Source: Bdellovibrionota bacterium (GTDB lineage Bacteria; Bdellovibrionota_C; UBA2361; JBGSMV01). Taken from it: a stretch of DNA of 64,000 nucleotides. The position numbers were made by a program, and so were the translations under genes. The stretch spans positions 72,910 through 136,909 of the forward strand of contig JBIKWF010000002.1 of NCBI GenBank assembly GCA_044356455.1, written 5' to 3'. Below, one piece after another: positions 10,153 to 20,429 of this stretch; within the stretch, counting starts at the first letter, position 1, and the number at the start of each line of letters is the position of its first letter. The notes beneath the pieces were generated by a model. It saw nothing but the letters and a program-made list of their open reading frames with translations, did not search any database and had not been told where the DNA came from.

Positions 10153-10722
10153 ATGAAAAGCTCGATTCGAACGATTCTAGAGGAGGCCTCCAGAGTAAAA
10201 GCAGCGGCTTGCGCCGACGAGGCCCTGCTCGACGGGGTTGGCAAGGCCGCCTCGCTTTTCTGCAATACCGCCAGAAGCGGCAAGGCTATCTACGCCTGTG
10301 GAAACGGTGGTTCGACCTGCGATGCGATGCACCTGGTTGAAGAGCTCGTCGCGCGCTTTAAGCGAGAGCGACCTGGCATCCGCGCTATGCACTTTATGGA
10401 CCCAGCCGTACTTACCTGCTGGTCAAACGACTATGACTTTGAGTCCGCCTTCGAACGCCAGGCTCGAACCTTTTGTCAGCCCGGAGACCTGCTCTTTGGA
10501 TTTAGCACCTCCGGGAACTCCAAGAACGTCGTGCGCGCGCTCAAGGCTGGCCGAGAGCTCGGGGCAACAACAATTGCCCTTACAGGAGAGAGCGGGGGAA
10601 CACTTAACGAAGTCGCCAATCTCTGCTTAAAGGTTCCGTCTAAAGTGACTGAGCGAATTCAAGAGGTGCATATCACGATTGTGCATGCACTCATCGAGGC
10701 GGTAGAGGCTGAACTGTTTTAA
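10153..10722 (+). CDS. gmhA: D-sedoheptulose-7-phosphate isomerase (SIS domain)
   Basis: CGNGGS, NDY, STSGNS, ERIQEVH motifs. Confidence 0.92.
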   Translation: MKSSIRTILEEASRVKAAACADEALLDGVGKAASLFCNTARSGKAIYACGNGGSTCDAMHLVEELVARFKRERPGIRAMHFMDPAVLTCWSNDYDFESAFERQARTFCQPGDLLFGFSTSGNSKNVVRALKAGRELGATTIALTGESGGTLNEVANLCLKVPSKVTERIQEVHITIVHALIEAVEAELF

Positions 10723-11052
10723 GACGAGAACAGAATTGTGACCATTCCTGCGCGGTGCTCGACTTCGCACACGCATCGCCTATTGATTCGAAGAATGCAT
10801 TGCCAAGCGAGAGAAAGAACCACATAAAGCAGCTATCGATTATTCGGAGAAATAAGCAGAATGAGCGGGAGGATCCAGCACTTCGGGCTACCCCTGAAAC
10901 ACCCCCTGAATACTCACCAATCGCCAACTGGAGAAAGTTTTAAAGGTAACGGGGGAAACAAACCATCCTGTTTGGGACTTCTCGTCACAATGGTCCTACT
11001 AGTAACAATGTTGCCTACCTTACACGCGCTTCCAGTTGGAAGAAATAAGCCT

Positions 11053-11454
11053 ATGAGCACAATTACGCTCGAGAACCTGCAAGCGCCCAAGGCGACTATA
11101 CTTTTGGTAACTGAACTCATCGCTTTGGGACGCACGCGCCTGGGCCCAGAAGGCGCCGGGCCATTCTTGCCTGGCCAAGATTTCTTAAAAGCAAAGGACA
11201 TAGTTCAGAACGCGAGTACCGAGCTGGTAGAGCAACTACTCCTTCTCGACAACCCCCACGCAAGAGCAAACATAGCTCGTGCAGTTGCAGCCATCAGACC
11301 GCAGGAAATCCACCTCGTTAAAGTTCTCCTCGACGACAAAGCGATGATTCGAATTCAAGGCACTAACGACATTCCGCCCAACCCCGATCGAGAGATAGAA
11401 CTCCGAGCGTTCGTGGAAGATCTACTGAAGAACCATGCGAGGAGCATGCCCTGA
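11053..11454 (+). CDS. Hypothetical protein
   Basis: 3' part of ORF 10861..11454; start at MSTITL is a guess. Confidence 0.5.
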   Translation: MSTITLENLQAPKATILLVTELIALGRTRLGPEGAGPFLPGQDFLKAKDIVQNASTELVEQLLLLDNPHARANIARAVAAIRPQEIHLVKVLLDDKAMIRIQGTNDIPPNPDREIELRAFVEDLLKNHARSMP

Positions 11455-11466
11455 CCCCTTCCCTAC

Positions 11467-12234
11467 TCACCCACCGGCAACGGCGGCAAGAATAAACCCG
11501 ACGTCTGCACGCCGCTGTCCGTCAAAGGCGCCCTCTATAAAATTCTCAAATACCGGCCATCGCCGGTGATACACATATGCTGCCCGGGGAACTCTCAGAA
11601 GCTGCGGACAGGCCTCGAGAAACGCTAACTCTTCGAGCAAGTACTGAGCCCCTCTTTCAATTCCAGCCTCCGCAAGAGTGTTCCTCGGTAAACGCCCCTC
11701 AAGAACGCCTCGAGTCGCCTCCTGAACAGACCTTTTAAACTCAGGACTTCGCTCGTAGAGCTCTGCAATTTTTTGCTGCGCCTCAGCATAATCAGTCGCA
11801 CTTATCACGTGAGTGTCCCATTCAACAAACTCAAGCTTCACCCCATGAGCCTGCGCTACACGCTCGCAGCGGTGACGCAAATTGTTGCCTTTAAGTCGCG
11901 CTTTTGCGGCGGCTTGTGCCTCGGAATAGCCAAGCGCCGCAAAAGTATGGCGAGCAGAGGCCGCAGGGATAAAAACGACTACCCGCGAAAAATGCTCAGC
12001 ACAGCCCTTGAGGAGCAGCGCAATCGTATCTTCTCTAAAATAGGTATTCCCTGGACTCATCCCAACAATACAAGTCCCTCGCTCAGAGATGACTTGCCGC
12101 CCCGTGGCAAAGCAATGTTCGTGCCCCTCTGCCGAGAAAAAAACTCCACGAGGGGGCGTCAGAGGAAATTGAAGACCTTGCACCGCGCCTGAAAGCGACA
12201 CTGCGGGATTAGGACTTTCAGGGACGGGTTCCAT
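11467..12234 (-). CDS. tRNA-dependent cyclodipeptide synthase (CDPS, NYH-type)
   Basis: Hallmark motifs GMSPGNTYF (catalytic Ser), YLLEEL and YVYH; ~250 aa. Confidence 0.9.
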   Translation of the reverse strand: MEPVPESPNPAVSLSGAVQGLQFPLTPPRGVFFSAEGHEHCFATGRQVISERGTCIVGMSPGNTYFREDTIALLLKGCAEHFSRVVVFIPAASARHTFAALGYSEAQAAAKARLKGNNLRHRCERVAQAHGVKLEFVEWDTHVISATDYAEAQQKIAELYERSPEFKRSVQEATRGVLEGRLPRNTLAEAGIERGAQYLLEELAFLEACPQLLRVPRAAYVYHRRWPVFENFIEGAFDGQRRADVGFILAAVAGG

Positions 12235-12322
12235 ACTGCCTCCACGGAAGGGATTTCATCTCCTCCGTAGTTGGCGATATGCTATAATCCTAAGCAAAAT
12301 ATACGCGTATTGATTATACTTT

Positions 12323-13366
12323 ATGACTTTTAATAATCACTTAGCGACTGTCGAGAAGAAGGATAAGCAGATACTCGAGATTCTTGCGCAGAACTGCCGC
12401 ATCCCGCACACCACGCTTGGCGCAGCCCTTGGCGTCTCAAAAGACACTATCGAATACCGCATCCAGCGGCTCGAGCGCGAAGAACTCCTCAAGCAATTCG
12501 TCCTCTTCATTGACGCCCGAAAGCTTGGGCTTACTCGCTACCATCTGCTTCTTTCTTTTGAAGCACCGGTAGGAGATCTCACCGTCGTTTGCAATCAATT
12601 CGCCGCCCATCCCTTTGTGATGTGGGTGAACAGTTTTATTGGACGGTATGATGTTCAAATAATTGTTGATGCGCGAAACGGCTTTCATCTCAACGAAATC
12701 AAGAGTGAACTTTTTGCAAAAACTGCTCTTAAGATTCGAGACTACCGCATCTTAACCCACCTGTCGGACCTTGAGTTCACTCAACTTAATCCTATCCTTG
12801 ATTTAAAGACTGCCTTTGAAAGAAAGGCCGATCACTCTTTCAGTGATATGCTCACGAACAAGCGCTTTCCTGTCTCTGAAACTTTTGAGCTCTGCCCACT
12901 CGCGAAGGGTGATTCGCAGATTCTCAAAGCCCTCGCTGATAATCCGCGCATGAGCATTTCCGATATTTCAGACGCTGCGGGACTCGACAGAGTTACGACG
13001 CGGCGCCACATTCTAAGCCTTATCAAGAAGGGAATAATCTTGAACTTTGGGGGCATACCCAATCTTTCTCGACTAGGATTTGTAACTTATTACCTCCTGG
13101 TAAGAGTGTCTCAGGACACGCCTCTTAGGATACTCAAACGCCCCTTTGAGAAACTCCGGAACATCTTCTATGCAGGCCGCATGCTCGGGGACTACGACAT
13201 GATTCTGTACCTTAATGCGAGAACTCCCGAGGAACTCTACCAGAGCATCTCTCTCTACAAGAATGAGCTGAAGTCTCACATCGTTCACTATGATCTTCTT
13301 ATTCAGGACAAAGTGCACCACTGGAGGCAATTCACTCCGGGCATTTTCCAGAGTTTCGCGAGCTAA
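12323..13366 (+). CDS. Tandem (double) Lrp/AsnC-family transcriptional regulator
   Basis: Two wHTH units (DKQILEILAQNCRIP...; DSQILKALADNPRMSI...), each followed by a RAM-like domain (GRYD / GDYD). Confidence 0.88.
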   Translation: MTFNNHLATVEKKDKQILEILAQNCRIPHTTLGAALGVSKDTIEYRIQRLEREELLKQFVLFIDARKLGLTRYHLLLSFEAPVGDLTVVCNQFAAHPFVMWVNSFIGRYDVQIIVDARNGFHLNEIKSELFAKTALKIRDYRILTHLSDLEFTQLNPILDLKTAFERKADHSFSDMLTNKRFPVSETFELCPLAKGDSQILKALADNPRMSISDISDAAGLDRVTTRRHILSLIKKGIILNFGGIPNLSRLGFVTYYLLVRVSQDTPLRILKRPFEKLRNIFYAGRMLGDYDMILYLNARTPEELYQSISLYKNELKSHIVHYDLLIQDKVHHWRQFTPGIFQSFAS

Positions 13367-13495
13367 GAAAACTCTGAAAAAGTCTGCTCTGTGAACTCGG
13401 TGCCCTCTGTGGTTGATCTAACTTATTAAAAAACCACAGAGGACACAGAGATCACAGAGAGAAAGAATAAGATGACGAGGTCTTTGAGAGGTGCC
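13367..13495. mobile_element. MITE-like element (family A)
   Basis: TAA|GAAAACTCTGAAAAAG ... GTCTTTGAGAGGTGCC|TAA with ctctgtggtt/aaccacagag hairpin; inverted homolog of 26356-26484. Confidence 0.75.
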
Positions 13496-13538
13496 TAAGA
13501 ACTTAGAAATCAGCGGAGCTGGCGCTCTTGGAGGCTCC

Positions 13539-14093
13539 TTAATCTTCCTCCGCAGGTGACGCGCGAAGCCCCCCAATCATGAGCCCAAATCCCACTACCG
13601 CAAATACGAGTCCAAAGATTAGGTATCCCGTAATCGCTCCCCAACGAATATCACGAAACACAACCGCATCTTTAGGATCCGAAGGATTCACAAACACCGG
13701 GAACATTGAGTCAGAGCGGATGAAGGGTTTTAATTCTTCAAGTTTACTAAGATGAAAATCTGACAGGCTGTCGGAGCCAAGATAAAAATGAAGTCGAGTG
13801 CTCTCAAACTGCCTTCCTTCATAATCATAACGGAACCGCCCCACGAGCCTATAAGTCGGTCCACTCTCACTATCCGAGGTCACTTCCACTGAGGCCTCTT
13901 GTATATGCGCGGGAATTTGAGTCCACGAAGTTGACTGCGCACTACGCAACAGCGGCCAGAGCCCGAGACCTATGATGCCTGTCCCGGCGAGTGCAAAGGG
14001 TAGGGCAAGAGCGAGAAGGCATCCTATACCAAGTCTGTTACTAGGCCTTACGGGTAAAGAAGCAGTGCCGGAGGGCTTTGATTTCTTGCTCAT
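13539..14093 (-). CDS. DUF3592-like membrane protein
   Basis: TM - SWxxxPAxI...YxYxYEG...VFVNPSDP - TM architecture. Confidence 0.8.
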   Translation of the reverse strand: MSKKSKPSGTASLPVRPSNRLGIGCLLALALPFALAGTGIIGLGLWPLLRSAQSTSWTQIPAHIQEASVEVTSDSESGPTYRLVGRFRYDYEGRQFESTRLHFYLGSDSLSDFHLSKLEELKPFIRSDSMFPVFVNPSDPKDAVVFRDIRWGAITGYLIFGLVFAVVGFGLMIGGLRASPAEED

Positions 14094-14232
14094 AGTTTCA
14101 AAACGTTACGACTCCAAGGGCTTCCTTACGAGATAAATTCTTGGGCTTAGCCTTCCTCGGCTTATACTTTTTCGTATAAGGTCGAACGCCCGGGGCGAAA
14201 GCCGAGTAATTACCGACGAGAGATCTGGATTT

Positions 14233-15045
14233 GTGACTCCCATCCATCAAACATTCTTGAATAACAAATCCGCGCTTGAACATGAGCTCGGGGAGGAAGT
14301 CTCTGTGAGTGGCCTCACAGGTCCCTTAAGGATATTTCAAAGATTAAAGGGACACAGGCACTCGATAGACGACACGACGACAGCCTGGTACGCGCTGAAT
14401 AAAAGCCCAATCGCCCAGCGCGTACTGGACTTAGGCACAGGCATAGGCACCGTTGGACTCGTAGTCCTTTGGGGCTTAGGCGAAAGATCCGCTCTTACGT
14501 GCGTCGAGGCGCAAGAACTAAGCTTCAAGCTTCTTACTGCAAACATTGCTTGCAATGGTCTAAACTCACGAGTGCGGGCAATTCATGGAGACCTACGAGA
14601 TTTGTCCCTAGGCGAAAAATTTCCTCTCATCACGGGCAGCCCCCCTTACTTTCCGAAAGACGCAGGAGTACTTCCAGAAGACAGCCAAAAGGCCCACGCG
14701 CGCTTTGAGCTCCGCGGGGATGTCGGAGACTATGCGAGAGCTGCGAAGCGCCACCTTGAAGACGACGGAGTCTTTGTTTATTGCTTTCCTTGGCAGCAAA
14801 AGCAGCGCGGCATTACCTTAGTTGAGGAAGCAGGTCTCACCATTTGCACCATTCAAGATGTGATTCCCCGTCCTCATAAGCCGCCCCTCTTCTCTCTCTA
14901 TTCGGCAAAGCTTCGCTCCGATAAGCCTCTGCAAGAAGAACCCCCTTTTCTTGTAGCAGACGCGGCAGGCCGCTACTCGGACCAAATGATTGCGATGCAG
15001 CGCAGCCGCGGCTTTGGGCCGGACGGAACGAATTTAATTGAGTAA
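14233..15045 (+). CDS. SAM-dependent methyltransferase (TrmN6/YfiC-like)
   Basis: GHRHSID, LDLGTGIG, SPPYF, ARFE motifs. Confidence 0.85.
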   Translation: MTPIHQTFLNNKSALEHELGEEVSVSGLTGPLRIFQRLKGHRHSIDDTTTAWYALNKSPIAQRVLDLGTGIGTVGLVVLWGLGERSALTCVEAQELSFKLLTANIACNGLNSRVRAIHGDLRDLSLGEKFPLITGSPPYFPKDAGVLPEDSQKAHARFELRGDVGDYARAAKRHLEDDGVFVYCFPWQQKQRGITLVEEAGLTICTIQDVIPRPHKPPLFSLYSAKLRSDKPLQEEPPFLVADAAGRYSDQMIAMQRSRGFGPDGTNLIE

Positions 15046-15140
15046 CCTCGATACGAGGTTGGCTGTTAACGCCCGGCCGCCTTCGCCTATCGGCTACGGC
15101 GCGGAGACGAGATGGCCGATTTTCAACGGCAATCTCTCGG
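15046..15140. repeat. REP-like / MITE remnant
   Basis: Hairpin aacctcg-ata-cgaggtt and REP-type ccgccttcgcctatcggctacggcgcgg. Confidence 0.4.
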
Positions 15141-15179
15141 ACCCGAAGCGGAGCGCAGGGATCCCGTGAGATATCACGG

Positions 15180-16313
15180 CTAGACAATCTGCTTTTTCCA
15201 GAGTTGCTCCAGAAACTCGGCCACGGGAACAATCTCAATGCCATTGTCGAGCGTGCGTTGGTTGGGCTCGTTGCAGACAAGTATGCGGCGAAGGTGAGGA
15301 ATCTCTTCAGAGAGCGCAACGAGTCCCCGCATGTCGTCAGAGATGGCTCGGCGTGTGGTCTTTATTTCCACAGCAACCCTTTCGCCAATCAGCAAGTCAA
15401 CTTCAATTCCCGAGGATGTACGCCAGAATGCAATCGGAAGATCGAGTTGATTGTAGGAAAGGTAAGTTCGCACCTCATTGAGCACGAGATGCTCGAGAGG
15501 AATTCCGTTCACTTGAGATTGCGATTCAAACTGATTTAGTATTCCGTTAACCACTCCCATATCGAAGATATAGAACTTGCTTGTCGCGCTCGCCTTTCTC
15601 GTTCTACTCCTCCTCCAGGCCGGAAGTTCAAACCCGAGTAAGGTATCAGTGAGGACCTCGAAATAGGACCTTACGGTATTAACCTTAACCTCGCTCAGCC
15701 TTGAAATTTTCGCAAAATTTACTTGGGTGCCGTGGGCAAGAGCTGCGATTGGCAGGAAGCGAGCGAACGCGCCGATCCCCCGAACGAGCCCCTCTGCCCG
15801 CACTTCTTCATCGAGATAGAGACTGACGTAGTTGCGAAGCTCCTCGCGATATCGTGGGCTGTCGATAATGCCAGGGAGAGATCCCTTTACGAGGCGCTCG
15901 TCAATTCGCGCCGTGCCCAGTTCCGCAGAGACAAGAGGGAAGAGTTCTCTGCGAAAAATTCGACCAGGTAACAGGTTCACTCCACGTCGCTTAAGCGCGC
16001 GAGCACTGCTTCCCGTAAGCACTACCCGTAGTTTAGGATTCCTATCAAGGAGCACCTGACACTCATTGAAGACATCAGGGACCCGCTGCGCCTCATCAAT
16101 AATCAGGATAGAAGTGTTACTTCCCAGCCGCTCTCGCACTAGCTCTGGGCGGGCGCTTAGTTCGCGGAACGTATCCGACTCAGCCAGATTGTAATACTCG
16201 GCGTCAGGAAACGTGATTCTCAGAAGGGTGCTCTTGCCAGTTTGGCGGGGCCCGATTAGTAGCAGAGATTTTATGGCAGTGGCCTGCGCGATATCGATTG
16301 CCCGGGTATACAT
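15180..16313 (-). CDS. AAA+ ATPase with C-terminal DUF4143 / PD-(D/E)xK-like domain
   Basis: GPRQTGKS Walker A, IIDEAQ Walker B, LTGSS, KFYIFDMG, EVDLLI...VEIK. Confidence 0.9.
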   Translation of the reverse strand: MYTRAIDIAQATAIKSLLLIGPRQTGKSTLLRITFPDAEYYNLAESDTFRELSARPELVRERLGSNTSILIIDEAQRVPDVFNECQVLLDRNPKLRVVLTGSSARALKRRGVNLLPGRIFRRELFPLVSAELGTARIDERLVKGSLPGIIDSPRYREELRNYVSLYLDEEVRAEGLVRGIGAFARFLPIAALAHGTQVNFAKISRLSEVKVNTVRSYFEVLTDTLLGFELPAWRRSRTRKASATSKFYIFDMGVVNGILNQFESQSQVNGIPLEHLVLNEVRTYLSYNQLDLPIAFWRTSSGIEVDLLIGERVAVEIKTTRRAISDDMRGLVALSEEIPHLRRILVCNEPNQRTLDNGIEIVPVAEFLEQLWKKQIV

Positions 16314-16444
16314 ATCGTCATTATAGATGTGGATTTTCGCGAAAATCCACATCTATAATGTGCGCGCGCGTAAGAGACTAATATTTATGGAGAATTTACC
16401 TCCGAATTGAAGTTCGAAAATCTGGAAAGGTCTTACCCGTTCGT

Positions 16445-16632
16445 TTATTGCGTGATTCTCTGGTAACCACTCCCTAAGGCTCGGTGGCAGCAGTAACACT
16501 TGATCGGGATGATACGGGCGGAACGTTGTCGCTTTCCCTTTCGCTACCACTACATGCTGTGGTGGCAACCGGGACAGCCCCCCCTACGGATTGTGTCCAA
16601 AATGAGGATTTATGTTTCTACGGGACACACTC
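16445..16632 (-). pseudogene. IS1182-family transposase N-terminal fragment with one IS end
   Basis: FRPYHPDQVLLLPPSLREWLPENH is typical of IS1182 transposase N-termini; end GAGTGTGTCCCGTA next to CTAG (16633-16636). Confidence 0.75.
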
Positions 16633-16721
16633 CTAGCCCCTAATGCTCATACGCCCTCCAAGGCTCCGAACTCCCTAGAGTGCTGCAAGTAGCCCTTTTC
16701 GCGATCCCCTCGAATAGGGGC

Positions 16722-17036
16722 TCAGCTCGCCTCTTCTTCTGCCGGGCGTGGTGCCGCAACTTCCTGCTCCTCGAACCCCAAGATGTCGACATAAGAAACA
16801 CCCTCGGCCAAAAAAGAGGAAGGCACTGCCGACTGCCCCTTAAGCTGTATCCGCCGAGTCTTGAAGAGCTCCTTAAATGACTTACGTGAGATCACTTTGA
16901 GCTGAGAATTTCTATCCTGAGCTCTAAGCTCAGCTAGCAGCACCGCATCTAAGCGCTGAGCAGTCGCAAGGTTGAGAATGACGCGGAAGGAGTTTTTAGG
17001 CTGAGGGGGAGCCTGTATATTTAAAGGCTGTTTCAT
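16722..17036 (-). CDS. Small S4-like RNA-binding domain protein
   Basis: QRLDAVL...ISRKSFKELF...IQLKG pattern. Confidence 0.65.
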   Translation of the reverse strand: MKQPLNIQAPPQPKNSFRVILNLATAQRLDAVLLAELRAQDRNSQLKVISRKSFKELFKTRRIQLKGQSAVPSSFLAEGVSYVDILGFEEQEVAAPRPAEEEAS

Positions 17037-17146
17037 AGAAGCTCGGGATCTTAATTGACGCCGAGGACCCTACAACGTATTCCCCTTAAGAAGAATGGCC
17101 TAGAAGTGTTTTTGCCCTTGAGGCCGCCTCATAAAAGAAAGATCCC

Positions 17147-17697
17147 ATGAATTTAAGCAGTGTTACCTTTCGTGAGAATCTTCTCCCAGGTGATTTAGGC
17201 CGCATTATTGGCATGCATGGCACCATCTATTCGGCCGAATACGGCTGGAACTGCGCTTTTGAGGCCTATGTGGCTGGGCCTCTTTCTGAATTTGCCAAGG
17301 CTCCGGGAAAACGCCAGCGTCTCTGGATCGCAGAGGCCGACGGAAAATTGTAGGCACGATTGCTATGGTGGAGACGACAAAAACAACAGCTCAGCTGCGT
17401 TGGTTTCTCGTCAGCCCCGAGGCTAGGGGCATTGGCCTAGGCCGAGAGCTCATTCAGAAAGCTCTCGCTTTCGCAAAAGAGCAAGAATTTCGCTCAGTGT
17501 TTTTGTGGACGGTACATTCGTTAAGCAGAGCAGGAGAGCTTTACGCGAAGAATGGTTTCCAAATCACCGCGCGCGAAAAGCACACTCTTTGGGGGAGCGA
17601 GGTAACAGAGGAACGCTATGAACTGGCGCTTGCGCGGCCGCTTCTTAAGCACAGGTTAGCCCTGAGGCTCAGCGCCGCAGAAGCAAGGAATGAGTGA
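17147..17697 (+). pseudogene. GNAT acetyltransferase split by a frameshift
   Basis: ORFs 17147-17353 and 17365-17697 join as ...ADGK-IVGTIAMV...LRWFLVSPEARGIGLG if one A is added to the A4 run at 17344-17347. Confidence 0.8.
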
Positions 17698-17724
17698 CGC
17701 TTCCGTATGGAATTCCCTACCTAA

Positions 17725-17800
17725 GGGACCTCTGAAAAACTTCCCCTTAGTGATCTTGGTATTCTTAGTGGTTGTTTTTATAAGCCACTAAAGACCAAGA
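17725..17800. mobile_element. Truncated MITE-like element (family A)
   Basis: CTAA|GGGACCTCTGAAAAAC followed by a cttagtggtt hairpin; inverted homolog of 46020-46108. Confidence 0.6.
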
Positions 17801-18639
17801 CAGCCTCGCGTCTCATCAACAAGCTGCTGCTCAACCTTGTAATAAATATCACCGTGCATTGCTCTGTCTGAGGTTAAAACTCGCAGAGTCGAACTCGAAG
17901 GAACTGCAGATGATATTCCTGCAAGGTGCGAGAATGGGATGATTTCGTCTTTTTCGCCGTGCGCTAGAATCACACACTGAGATGTTAACTTTCTTAAGTA
18001 ATCGCGCACCGGAAAGCGATATCGTAGTCCAAATCGAAGCAAACTATAGGGGGGCTTCTCGGCGACGAGCTCCGCAAAATCTTGATAGCCCGCAACGATA
18101 ATCAGTGCGCGTGGCTGAATTTTACTTGCGAGATATGCCGCTGGTCCACTTCCGATGGAATTCCCAAGTAACACAAATTTCGAGAAAGGTAGGCCTGTAA
18201 GATTCTGCACCATCGCCGCTGCAGCTTCGGCATCCTTATAGATCCCTTCCTCCGATGGCCAGCCTGTTGAATGTCCATAGCCTCGGTAGTCAAACGTAAG
18301 AGCTGGTATCCCAACTTTTTTAAAGAAGGGAATAAAATTCTGTTGCTCCGCTGTCTCTCCGTTCCCATGAAAAATAACCGCAACGAATGGTGGCTCCTCC
18401 CCTTCGGAGAGCGTCGTGAAAGCCTGAAGAGTTTCTCCGTCACTTGTCGAAAGTTTTAATTCGCGCACACCAGGAAGCAAAACAAATGGCGCGCTGCTCT
18501 TGGGGAAAGTAACGCCTGGGAAAATGAAAAGTTCCTGCTGCCAAAGCACGTAGCCGGAGAGCACGAGCACTGGAATGAGCAAAAGGATAATAGCTTTGAG
18601 TAGACGCTCGACTACCTTTTTGACCCTCATCACCGTCAT
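17788..18639 (-). CDS. Alpha/beta hydrolase (ABHD12/BEM46-like)
   Basis: N-terminal TM, FHGNGE, DYRGYG, GNSIG nucleophile, HGEKDEIIP. Confidence 0.88.
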   Translation of the reverse strand: MTVMRVKKVVERLLKAIILLLIPVLVLSGYVLWQQELFIFPGVTFPKSSAPFVLLPGVRELKLSTSDGETLQAFTTLSEGEEPPFVAVIFHGNGETAEQQNFIPFFKKVGIPALTFDYRGYGHSTGWPSEEGIYKDAEAAAAMVQNLTGLPFSKFVLLGNSIGSGPAAYLASKIQPRALIIVAGYQDFAELVAEKPPYSLLRFGLRYRFPVRDYLRKLTSQCVILAHGEKDEIIPFSHLAGISSAVPSSSTLRVLTSDRAMHGDIYYKVEQQLVDETRGCLGL

Positions 18640-18825
18640 ATCGTCCAATTCAAGAAACCTCAAAAGCCAGAGTCTCGGGTTACAAATCACAGGTCTTCAC
18701 CGGCAAATGCCCCGCAGACTCTGCGCCCTTGTCGCAAATTATGCGGCAAGGCAATTAACTACCTCATATTACTGGAATTCTAGTGCGCAAATAGTTCAAA
18801 TCGAGCCCCTACCCCTACGCATCAA

Positions 18826-20283
18826 ATGGACATGAGCATAGACGAAACGCCTCAGCTCTCCATTCTGATTGTCGAAGACGACGCGTCTCTCTCAGACGCA
18901 CTAAAAACCTCGGTTGAAGGCGCGGGGTATCATGCTCAGACGGCCCCCTCTCTGCAAGCAGGAGTCGCAAGCATACGGTCTCAGCCTTTTGACATCGTGC
19001 TCTGTGATTTACGCCTGCCCGATGGGGACGGGCTGGGCTTCATAAAGACTGCGAGGGAATCAGCACCCAATTGCTCTACTGTTCTCATGACCGCTTTTGG
19101 CAGCCACGACCTCGCCTTACAGGCACTGCGGGAAGGCGCCTACGACTACGTCGCTAAGCCTTTTGACATGGAAGAGCTTCTCTTCCTGCTCAGAAAAATT
19201 GAAGAGAAGAAAAAATTAGAGCTTGAAAACGCCTCACTTCGCTCTGCAATTACTCAGCGCTTTTCATTCGCAAACATCGTCGCCAAAAGTGATTCGATGC
19301 GAAGCATTTTTTCGACGGTGAAACGCCTCGCGGCGTTCAGCACCACCGTACTTATCACGGGAGAATCTGGAACGGGAAAGGAGCTTCTCGCGCAAGCGCT
19401 CCATTACAACTCACCGCGGCGAGGAAAGCCATTCGTTGCAATAAACTGCGGAGCCATTCCGGAGTCACTTATTGAATCTGAGCTTTTTGGCCATAAAAAA
19501 GGCTCATTTACTGATGCCACTCGCGACAAGCGCGGGCTTCTTGAGGAAGCAAGCGGAGGCACTATTTTCTTAGACGAAATAGGCGAGATGCCACTCCATC
19601 TGCAAGTAAAACTGCTTCGCGCACTGCAAGAGCAGCAAATTCGGCGGGTAGGAGATGAGCAGCTCATTAGTGTTGATATTCGGGTAATCGCCGCGACGCT
19701 GCGCGACCTTGAGGAAGATATTAAAAAGGGCCGCTTTAGAGACGACCTCTTTTATCGCCTCAATGTAGTGTCGATTCACATACCACCTCTTCGCGATCGG
19801 CCGGAAGATATTCCTCTCCTGGTCGAACACTTTATGACTAAACATGCCAAGCGCCTTGGACTGCCGACGCGCGTTTTCTCTCCCGAGGCAATGCAAGTTC
19901 TCATGAGCTACTCATGGAAGGGCAATGTACGCGAACTCGAAAATTGTGTTGAACGAGCCCTCGTCCTCAGCGACACCGACGCTATCGATCCGTCGGTGTT
20001 CCCTGAACACGTCCGAGGGAAAACTCAACCGGCGCTTAAGCCACAACCCGAGGGAATTGGCAGCGACGTGCTTTCAATCAAGCAACAAACGAAAGCTCTT
20101 GAAATTGATCTCATTCAGCGCGCTCTCACTCGAACTGGGGGCAATCGTACTCGCGCTGCGAAAGTGCTTGAAATTAGTCACCGCGCGCTACTCTACAAGC
20201 TCAAAGAGTACGGCCTAGGCGGACCGCATGGAGCCGAGACTGCCCCCGCCGCTGCAGACCACGACGAAGAAGAGGTGGCCTAA
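18826..20283 (+). CDS. Sigma-54-dependent response regulator (NtrC/AtoC family)
   Basis: Receiver, GESGTGKE, GSFTDA, FLDEIGE, C-terminal Fis HTH. Confidence 0.95.
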   Translation: MDMSIDETPQLSILIVEDDASLSDALKTSVEGAGYHAQTAPSLQAGVASIRSQPFDIVLCDLRLPDGDGLGFIKTARESAPNCSTVLMTAFGSHDLALQALREGAYDYVAKPFDMEELLFLLRKIEEKKKLELENASLRSAITQRFSFANIVAKSDSMRSIFSTVKRLAAFSTTVLITGESGTGKELLAQALHYNSPRRGKPFVAINCGAIPESLIESELFGHKKGSFTDATRDKRGLLEEASGGTIFLDEIGEMPLHLQVKLLRALQEQQIRRVGDEQLISVDIRVIAATLRDLEEDIKKGRFRDDLFYRLNVVSIHIPPLRDRPEDIPLLVEHFMTKHAKRLGLPTRVFSPEAMQVLMSYSWKGNVRELENCVERALVLSDTDAIDPSVFPEHVRGKTQPALKPQPEGIGSDVLSIKQQTKALEIDLIQRALTRTGGNRTRAAKVLEISHRALLYKLKEYGLGGPHGAETAPAAADHDEEEVA

Positions 20284-20429
20284 GCCATTAATCTTACTAA
20301 ACAAAACTACCTCTGAAAATAGCGGGCCCCGCGTACCGAAACACCCCCTCTGCGCATCTAAAATGATGGGTAGCCATACTTACGTCCCTCTTGGGCAGGA
20401 TCTACGGCCGCCGTTTTAAAAGGTTTTCC

